From Candidatus Iainarchaeum sp. (GTDB lineage: Archaea; Iainarchaeota; Iainarchaeia; Iainarchaeales; GCA-2688035), in NCBI GenBank assembly GCA_028713935.1, contig JAQTNI010000055.1, forward strand, positions 1-5,501: 5,501 bases of DNA, in the 5' to 3' direction. How positions within the stretch are numbered: position 1 is the first letter of the stretch; every line of letters starts with the position of its first letter. A program made the position numbers and the translations under genes. The notes beneath the pieces were generated by a model that ran no database searches, was not told the DNA's origin, and was given only the letters and a program-made list of their open reading frames with translations. This document shows, in pieces, positions 1 through 4,899 of this stretch.

Positions 1-1290
1 AACTGCAATGCTTCCAATTGCATATGCAATGACTGCGTTTTTTTCCGAAAAAAAATCCATTTCTTCTGCTTCTTCTTTCACGCAGGCCTGCCATTCCTGT
101 GCCCAGGCAAAAGCCTCTGTTTTTTTCTGCCTGATATACAATTTTAATTCTTCCAGAGAAACAGTTTCCGGAGTTGAATCTTTTTTGAGCTTTTTGAAAA
201 CAACAAATGACTTTTCAATTCCATACTTGGCTGCATCGCTTAAAAATTCAAAGACCATTTTTTCGCTTTTTGCCAAGCCCTCTGTGTTCCTGTTTACAAT
301 GTGAATATTGAATTCGCCTTTTGCGATTTTTTCAAGTTTCAGTTTTCCTTTTAGGCAGAGATGCAGTATTTCCCCGGTTATCTGGTCAAATCCCGCTGTT
401 TTTGAAAACTGGTGCATTAAGGCGCTGACAATTGCAGGGCTGTAATCAAAAGGCACTTCCCGTTCATAAATCGTTTCATCAAAAATTTTTGGTTCCCTGC
501 CCCATTTGTACCAGCAGAGCGCAAAAAAACCCAATTGCACAAGAACAAAGATTATTGCAAAAACAGGCAGCATTGCAGAGAATTGTTTTTTTGCTTTTTC
601 TCCTGCTTCCCAGTTTTGCTCTTCTGCAATAATGCCCTGCAATCCATCACTGTTTTTTACTATTGCAAAAGTTGTTTCAGGCAAATATTTTCTTGGAAAG
701 GCAATTCTCAGTTCAACCCATTGCTGTGCAGGGATATTAAATGCCTGGAAAAAAATTTTTTTGTTTTCAATCAGCCCAATTTTTCCGTTCAGGGCAGGAT
801 GGCCCCAGCTATAAACTTCGTTTGCATCGCCAACTTTTTCAGGCAGTTCAATTGTTCCAGTTATTTCCCGCAATTGCTTTTCCCAGCCATTGCCCCAGAT
901 TTTCCAGTAAAATTCCGCAACATCGTTGTAGGCAGTGACTGCCTTTTCCAAATCATATTTTATTGTGAAGGCTTTTTTTTCATTGCTTGCAGAAAAATGC
1001 CAGGTTACCCTGAAGCCGTTTCCCTGCTGGGTTTGCTCAAATTGCAGCGGCTTGCCGCCTTCAAAAACCTGGAGGTTTGTTATTTTCCATTCCCCATATT
1101 CAAAATCCCTGTATGCAAAAGAGTAACTTCCAGAAAAATCAAAGGTTATTTTTTCTTCCGCATGCACAAGCCCGCCAGGGGTTATTTGCATGTTTATTTC
1201 CGCTTTTTCAAGGGAATAGCTTTTTGCGGAAGCAAAGGCACAGAGCAAAATGAGTGCAATAAAAACCAGAAAAATTTTTGGCAAATTCAT
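1..1290 (-). CDS. DUF2207-type membrane protein with signal peptide; 3' end lies beyond the window (430 codons, no stop seen)
   Basis: Hand translation of the reverse complement: ATG at 1290..1288, and the frame stays open for all 430 codons down to position 1. With no stop in the window, it is absent from the ORF track. N-terminus MNLPKIFLVFIALILLCAFASA looks like a signal peptide or TM. The ectodomain contains EEKITFDFSGSYSFAYRDF, AEFYWKIWGNGWE, YSWGHPALNGK and WVELRIAFPRKY. A TM follows (LPVFAIIFVLVQLGFFALCWY), then REVPFDYSPAIVSAL, and a new hydrophobic stretch (AVIAYAIGSIAV) starts at the edge. I recognise this layout and these motifs as DUF2207; the family call is from memory, not a search. 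Confidence 0.75.
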   Translation of the reverse strand, partial: MNLPKIFLVFIALILLCAFASAKSYSLEKAEINMQITPGGLVHAEEKITFDFSGSYSFAYRDFEYGEWKITNLQVFEGGKPLQFEQTQQGNGFRVTWHFSASNEKKAFTIKYDLEKAVTAYNDVAEFYWKIWGNGWEKQLREITGTIELPEKVGDANEVYSWGHPALNGKIGLIENKKIFFQAFNIPAQQWVELRIAFPRKYLPETTFAIVKNSDGLQGIIAEEQNWEAGEKAKKQFSAMLPVFAIIFVLVQLGFFALCWYKWGREPKIFDETIYEREVPFDYSPAIVSALMHQFSKTAGFDQITGEILHLCLKGKLKLEKIAKGEFNIHIVNRNTEGLAKSEKMVFEFLSDAAKYGIEKSFVVFKKLKKDSTPETVSLEELKLYIRQKKTEAFAWAQEWQACVKEEAEEMDFFSEKNAVIAYAIGSIAV

Positions 1291-1315
1291 GTTTAATTTA
1301 TTTGTTAATTCTTCT

Positions 1316-1825
1316 TTAATTATTTGCGTTTTTTACATGTAAAGTCGAATCGTTATTTTTTGCTTTTGCTATTGCCCCGCCAATAGCCCCCACAATAAAG
1401 CCTTGTGCCAGCATAATGATTAGGCTGAAATTGTAGAAAAATAATCCCGCAAAGCCTGTAAACAGTATTCCAAGCGTAGAGTTGCTTGCTTTCCACAAGT
1501 CTACAATGTCAAAAGGCTGCGAAAGAATGTAATAGTCTATTGTGGTTAGTAAAAATATTAAAATGCCAATAATTAAACTAACAAGTATCCCCGCGATTGC
1601 ACCTGTAACAATACCTCCACTCATTTTTTTTGTTGCCAAATACCCCGCCCAAATTAACAAAACTATTGTAATTGGGTGTAGTATTAGTGGGCCCACTCCA
1701 AAAAAATAGAGATAGCCTAAACCGGCTCCTCGGTTCATTGCAATAAATACAAAATTAGCAATTGCAATAATCAGTAATATTGCCAAAGGGATTTTTGAGG
1801 CATTTAAAATTTTTAGAAAATTCAT
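1316..1825 (-). CDS. hypothetical small multi-pass integral membrane protein (169 aa, about 4-5 TM, Gly-rich helices)
   Basis: ORF from ATG 1825 to its stop at 1316. Hydrophobic segments: PLAILLIIAIANFVFIAM, LILHPITIVLLIWAGYLA, GIVTGAIAGILVSLIIGILIFLL and LGILFTGFAGLFFYNFSLIIMLAQGFIVGAIGGAIA. A GGTGGA Shine-Dalgarno-like motif sits 3 nt upstream of the ATG. The stop is only 25 nt from the start of the DUF2207 gene. No family recognised. Confidence 0.7.
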   Translation of the reverse strand: MNFLKILNASKIPLAILLIIAIANFVFIAMNRGAGLGYLYFFGVGPLILHPITIVLLIWAGYLATKKMSGGIVTGAIAGILVSLIIGILIFLLTTIDYYILSQPFDIVDLWKASNSTLGILFTGFAGLFFYNFSLIIMLAQGFIVGAIGGAIAKAKNNDSTLHVKNANN

Positions 1826-1828
1826 TCA

Positions 1829-1834
1829 TCCACC
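1829..1834 (-). promoter_or_regulatory. Shine-Dalgarno-like GGTGGA upstream of the membrane-protein gene
   Basis: Minus strand reads aaaaatGGTGGAtgaATG. It matches the GGTG core of the archaeal SD consensus GGAGGTGATC. Confidence 0.4.
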
Positions 1835-1861
1835 ATTTTTAGCTGTTCCTAATAGGCAACG

Positions 1862-1875
1862 TATTAAATAAAAAT
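1862..1875 (-). promoter_or_regulatory. candidate archaeal TATA box (TTTTTATTTAATA) for the membrane-protein gene pair
   Basis: This is the only strongly A/T-rich TATA-like block in the 196-nt ftsY-to-membrane-gene spacer on the coding strand. It lies about 37-50 nt upstream of ATG 1825. That spacing would give a short leader containing the SD-like motif. Sequence pattern only. Confidence 0.3.
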
Positions 1876-2021
1876 ATGCCTTTTGTTCTATCTTTTTGGC
1901 TTAGTTGAAAATCTTGGCTAGCCCATGGGTTTTTTGCTGCATATCTGGCGAATAATCACTCTGCGTTTTGTGTTTGTCATTGGACTGTGGGTATTGTTTG
2001 TTTGATTACGAGGGCTCCTTT

Positions 2022-3302
2022 TCACAGTATTTTGTCCAGAACAAATTTTGGGTCGAATTTTTCCAGGTCCTTGTATTCCTGGCCTGTTCCCACAAACAAA
2101 ATCGGCTTTTTTATTTTGTAAAGCAGGCTGATTGTTGTGCCGCCTTTTGCATCGCAGTCAATTTTTGTAAGGATAAATCCGTCAATCCCGATTGCCTTGT
2201 TGTATTCTTCTGCCTGCTGCAGTAATGCCTGCCCAGTGAAGCTTTCTCCCACATAAATTTTCAAGTCCGGCTTTGCAACCCGGACAATTTTTTTGAGTTC
2301 TTCCATCAAATTTTTGTTTGTTTCCTGCCTTCCAGCAGAGTCAATAAGCACTACATCAATTTTTTTTGCCTCTGCTGCTTTTATTGCGTCAAAAGCAACC
2401 GCTGCAGGGTCTGCCCCATAAGTGTGTTTTACAACTCTTACCCCTAATTTTTCCGCGTGTTTTTCAAGCTGTTCAATAGAGGCTGCCCTGAAAGTGTCTG
2501 AAGCTGACCAGATGCATTTCAACCCGTTGTTTTCAAAAAATTTTGTCAGCTTTGCAATGCTTGTTGTTTTTCCGGCGCCGTTCGGCCCCAAAAAAAGAAT
2601 CTTGAAAGGCTTTTTTTCTTTTGCCATTTCCAGCAAATCAACCTGTTCTGTTTTCATTATTTCAAGCAGGATTTCCCGTATTTCCTTTTTGATTGCCTCG
2701 TCAATTCCAATTGAGGCAGAAATTTTTTTTCCTGAAATCCTTTTGCGCATTTCCCTTGCTATTTCTTCTGCTGTTTCCTGTTCAACATCCGCTTCCAAAA
2801 AAGAAAGTTCCAATTCTTCAAGCAGTTCTTCAAGGTCTTTTTCTTCAATTGTTATTTCCGCTCTCAGGGCGCGCTTTATTTTGTCTCCGATTCCGATTTT
2901 TGCCTTTAATTCGCGTTTTTTTTCAAAAATCTTCGGGATTCCAAAAAAAGGCTTTTTTTCTTCAATTTTCAGAGGCTTTTCTGTTTCTTCTTTTTCAATT
3001 TCCAGTTCTTTTCTTTCAGGCTCAGGCTGTTCAATTTCAATTGGCTTTTCTTCTTCAGGCAACTGAAATGCTTTTTCTTCTGAAAGCACTTCTTCTTCGG
3101 CTTCTTTCCAGATTTTTTCCTCTTCGCTGAGGCTTTTTTCTTTTTCAAGGAAAGGCTTTTCAGGAACTGTTTTTTCAGCCGGCTTTTCCCCTATTATGCT
3201 TTCTTCTGCCTGCTTTGCCTTTGGCTCTTCGGCTTTTTTTTCCACTTTCTGCTTGAATTTATCTGCAAAAGAAGAAATTTTTTTCTTTAATAATTCAAAC
3301 AA
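2022..3302 (-). CDS. ftsY: signal recognition particle receptor FtsY (SRP-type GTPase)
   Basis: 426-aa ORF. The C-terminal NG domain carries the SRP-GTPase motifs: G1 LFLGPNGAGKTT, G2 DTFRAASIEQL, G3 LIDSAGRQ, G4 TKIDCDAKGG and G5-region FVGTGQEYKDLEKF. There is no M domain, so it is not Ffh/SRP54. The N-terminus MFELLKKKISSF is typical of FtsY. Residues about 20-135 form an E/K/P-rich low-complexity A-region with recurring EKP motifs. The first codon is TTG (3302..3300), directly after an in-frame TAA. Stop is TGA at 2022..2024. It sits downstream of pfdA, as in the conserved archaeal cluster. Confidence 0.95.
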   Translation of the reverse strand: MFELLKKKISSFADKFKQKVEKKAEEPKAKQAEESIIGEKPAEKTVPEKPFLEKEKSLSEEEKIWKEAEEEVLSEEKAFQLPEEEKPIEIEQPEPERKELEIEKEETEKPLKIEEKKPFFGIPKIFEKKRELKAKIGIGDKIKRALRAEITIEEKDLEELLEELELSFLEADVEQETAEEIAREMRKRISGKKISASIGIDEAIKKEIREILLEIMKTEQVDLLEMAKEKKPFKILFLGPNGAGKTTSIAKLTKFFENNGLKCIWSASDTFRAASIEQLEKHAEKLGVRVVKHTYGADPAAVAFDAIKAAEAKKIDVVLIDSAGRQETNKNLMEELKKIVRVAKPDLKIYVGESFTGQALLQQAEEYNKAIGIDGFILTKIDCDAKGGTTISLLYKIKKPILFVGTGQEYKDLEKFDPKFVLDKIL

Positions 3303-3343
3303 TTAACCACGCCTTGGCAGCGATAATAAGAATAATTTGGCAT

Positions 3344-3811
3344 TTAATCGTTTTTGGCTTTCTGCGCTTTCAGGTTTTCATTTCTGGCTTCCTGTTCTCC
3401 AACCCTTAGCACATTGGAAATTTCATTCATGCTCATTGCGGCTCTTTCCTGTTCTTTTGCTGCAATTTCAATTTCTTTTTGCAGGGTTTCCTTTTGTTTT
3501 TTAAGGTAAGCCAGGGCTGCCTCTGAATCCGCATTAATCAAAATTCCGCCTGCAAAGCCTGTCTTGAATTTTTCATTGCCATCAAGCATTGCTTCAACGC
3601 AGATTCCCGCGCCCAAATCCACAATTACTTTTTCGTTTTTTGAGGCTTTTTTTATTTCCTTCACTGCTTCTTCAGCAGTGCCTGCCTCTATAAAAAGCAT
3701 GTTCAACTGTTGGCTTCTCTGCTGCAATGCCTGCAATTTTGCCTCTTCATTCCTGTAGGCATTCAGCAATTGCTGCCCAGTCAATACAACCTGTTTTTTT
3801 TCTTCAGCCAT
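3344..3811 (-). CDS. pfdA: prefoldin alpha subunit
   Basis: 155-aa ORF with coiled-coil N- and C-terminal segments (LQALQQRSQQL, LKKQKETLQKEIEIAAKEQ). These flank a central two-hairpin region, KVIVDLGAGICVEAMLDGNEKFKTGFAGGILINADSEAALAYL, that matches the alpha-class pattern. Its size fits alpha rather than beta. It has the canonical position between rplX and ftsY. An AGGTGAT SD lies 3 nt upstream of the ATG. Confidence 0.85.
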   Translation of the reverse strand: MAEEKKQVVLTGQQLLNAYRNEEAKLQALQQRSQQLNMLFIEAGTAEEAVKEIKKASKNEKVIVDLGAGICVEAMLDGNEKFKTGFAGGILINADSEAALAYLKKQKETLQKEIEIAAKEQERAAMSMNEISNVLRVGEQEARNENLKAQKAKND

Positions 3812-3814
3812 AAA

Positions 3815-3821
3815 ATCACCT
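3815..3821 (-). promoter_or_regulatory. Shine-Dalgarno AGGTGAT for pfdA, overlapping the rplX stop codon
   Basis: Minus strand reads GCA AAA AGG TGA tttt ATG. The rplX TGA stop is embedded in the SD, which suggests translational coupling. Confidence 0.55.
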
Positions 3822-4034
3822 TTTTGCCTGTTCCTTTACCTCTTTTACAACAACTTTTCTTCTCGGCTTTTTGTGCCTTGAGCCAATAATGCAAAGCGCC
3901 TTTTCAGCAGCATAATTCGCGCTGTGCGCGCTTATTGTAAGGGAAAAATTTTTTTTGCCTTTTTTTTCCTGGATTTCCGCAGTTACTTCAAAATCCTTCA
4001 GGCCAGTCATTTCCAAAATTTTTTTTTCCGCCAT
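3816..4034 (-). CDS. rplX: 50S ribosomal protein LX (L18Ae / eL20 family)
   Basis: 72-aa ORF. DFEVTAEI...EKALCIIGSRHKKPRRKVVVKEVKE matches the LX pattern (FEV near the N-terminus, GS+H+ then a basic I/V-rich C-terminus). It has the canonical position between eif6 and pfdA. A GGTGA SD lies 4 nt upstream of ATG 4034. The internal Met at codon 9 (ATG 4010..4008) is a possible alternative start. Confidence 0.8.
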   Translation of the reverse strand: MAEKKILEMTGLKDFEVTAEIQEKKGKKNFSLTISAHSANYAAEKALCIIGSRHKKPRRKVVVKEVKEQAKR

Positions 4035-4038
4035 AACT

Positions 4039-4043
4039 TCACC
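4039..4043 (-). promoter_or_regulatory. Shine-Dalgarno GGTGA for rplX
   Basis: Minus strand reads TAA tcGGTGAagtt ATG. The TAA belongs to the relic eif6-tail mini-ORF. Confidence 0.55.
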
Positions 4044-4045
4044 GA

Positions 4046-4079
4046 TTATTCTCCGTTTAATCCTTCGTCAATTTTCATC
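4046..4079 (-). pseudogene. relic duplicate of the eif6 3' end (last 10 codons plus stop), 32/34 nt identical to 4209..4242
   Basis: Direct comparison: 4046..4079 is ttattctccgtttaatccttcgtcaattttcatc and 4209..4242 is ttattctccgcttaatccctcgtcaattttcatc. They mismatch only at 4056/4219 and 4064/4227. The relic reads ATG AAA ATT GAC GAA GGA TTA AAC GGA GAA TAA (MKIDEGLNGE*). The genuine eIF6 C-terminus is ..MKIDEGLSGE*. Confidence 0.75.
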
Positions 4080-4084
4080 CTGCC

Positions 4085-4161
4085 CTTTCTTTTCTTAGCA
4101 CATTGCAAAACAAAGTTTTGCGATGCCACGAAAAGCCTTGCTTTTCATGGAGAAAAGAAAG
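4085..4161. ncRNA. candidate structured element: 77-nt three-helix junction or TIR-bounded mini-element, family unknown
   Basis: 4085..4095 (ctttcttttct) is the perfect reverse complement of 4151..4161 (agaaaagaaag). Two abutting 25-nt hairpins lie inside. H1 is 4101..4125 (cat-t-gcaaaac aaa gttttgc-g-atg) and H2 is 4126..4150 (cca-c-gaaaagc ctt gcttttc-a-tgg). Each has a 3-nt loop and an 11-position stem with one non-Watson-Crick position at the same place. 66 of the 77 nt are in helices. The strand is not assignable: each strand gets one G.U and one A.C. Confidence 0.4.
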
Positions 4162-4208
4162 TGTAAGTTGCCCAAAGAAAAGAACCCTTGACTTTGGATA
4201 AACAATTT

Positions 4209-4871
4209 TTATTCTCCGCTTAATCCCTCGTCAATTTTCATCATTTCAATGCCTGTCGTATTCAGGCCCACAATTGCTGCCCTGCTGTTTGCTGCAACGC
4301 AGTTTCCAAGGAAAGCGTCGCCGTAATTTGCAGTTGAAAGGCTTCCTTCCAATTTAAAAAATTTTTTTGTGTCTTCAAATTCTTTTTCCGGGGCATTTGC
4401 GTTCATTGCAAAGCCCTTGTTTGTTGCAACAACGCAGCTTCCTGCAAGGTCGCTTCCCGCAATTCTGCTTGTTTTCAATTCAATTTTCAAAAATTTTTCT
4501 ATCAGGATTTTTGCCTTGCTGTTTATTGCAGGAGAACAGATTCCTTTTGAATCATTGGCTTCCAGAAGGTTTCCTATTGCACTAATGCCTGCAAGCTTTT
4601 TTATTCTTAATCCAAATGATTTCAAATTGTCAATTTCCTTGTCGGAAACAATTTCTCCCACAATAAAACCATGGCTGTTTCCTGAAGCAACAATTCCCAG
4701 CAATGGGCTTTGCGCAAGCTTTGTTTCAATAATCTCGATTCCAAACAAATCCGCGAGCCCCTTTGTTTCTTTTGGGCTTGTGCAGTGAGGCAGCAAGCCG
4801 ATTTTTTCAGTGATACAGCAAAAAACCCCTATGTGCGGGCTGCCAAGCAGGCTTCTTTTAACAATCTCCAT
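4209..4871 (-). CDS. eif6: translation initiation factor 6 (aIF6 / eIF6)
   Basis: The tracked ORF (4209..5018) is trimmed to the internal ATG at 4871..4869. MEIVKRSLLGSPHIGVF matches the canonical eIF6 N-terminus. Other matches include LLGIVASGNSHG, AIGNLLEANDSKG, GSCVVATNKG and the C-terminal STANYG...GNCVAANSRAAIVGLNTTGIEMMKIDEGL. The resulting 220 aa is the typical length. The upstream 49 codons of the ORF overlap the L31e tail in another frame. Confidence 0.9.
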   Translation of the reverse strand: MEIVKRSLLGSPHIGVFCCITEKIGLLPHCTSPKETKGLADLFGIEIIETKLAQSPLLGIVASGNSHGFIVGEIVSDKEIDNLKSFGLRIKKLAGISAIGNLLEANDSKGICSPAINSKAKILIEKFLKIELKTSRIAGSDLAGSCVVATNKGFAMNANAPEKEFEDTKKFFKLEGSLSTANYGDAFLGNCVAANSRAAIVGLNTTGIEMMKIDEGLSGE

Positions 4872-4899
4872 AATCCCAAATTCCAAAAAAAAGCAATTG

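Noticed and set aside
8-1296. Six plus-strand ORFs from the track (8-304, 432-632, 506-814, 535-1296, 741-938, 935-1126), open in all three plus frames
   Set aside because: Their translations are Phe/Cys/Leu-rich and low-complexity, with no recognisable domains, and they overlap one another. The minus strand carries an uninterrupted 430-codon frame with a signal peptide, TM segments and DUF2207-like motifs. The plus frames are open only because the antisense of A/G-rich codons rarely produces stop codons.
1-1300. Suspected recoded stops, an alternative genetic code or a pseudogene, because no minus-strand ORF was listed although the composition looked antisense-coding
   Set aside because: Hand translation shows no stop at all in the minus frame. 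The ORF is missing from the track simply because it runs off the window edge.
1916-1936. Palindrome plus T6 (cccatgggtttttt) read as a plus-strand intrinsic terminator
   Set aside because: No credible plus-strand gene lies upstream. The palindrome would form only a 3-bp stem with a 2-nt loop.
3941-4027. Long homopolymers inside rplX (A9 at 4027-4019 and two A8 runs near 3950-3968 on the coding strand) as slippage or phase-variation sites
   Set aside because: They encode runs of Lys (AAA) in frame, which fits the genome-wide Lys-rich, AT-rich bias, and the ORF is intact. They are relevant only as possible sequencing-error hotspots.
4035-4208. tRNA, C/D-box sRNA, hammerhead ribozyme or BHB intron in the eif6-rplX spacer
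   Set aside because: There is no cloverleaf (the helices are 11 bp with 3-nt loops). No RUGAUGA or CUGA boxes occur on either strand. There is no CUGAUGA...GAAA hammerhead core, as the junction has only 5 unpaired nt. There is no bulge-helix-bulge geometry.
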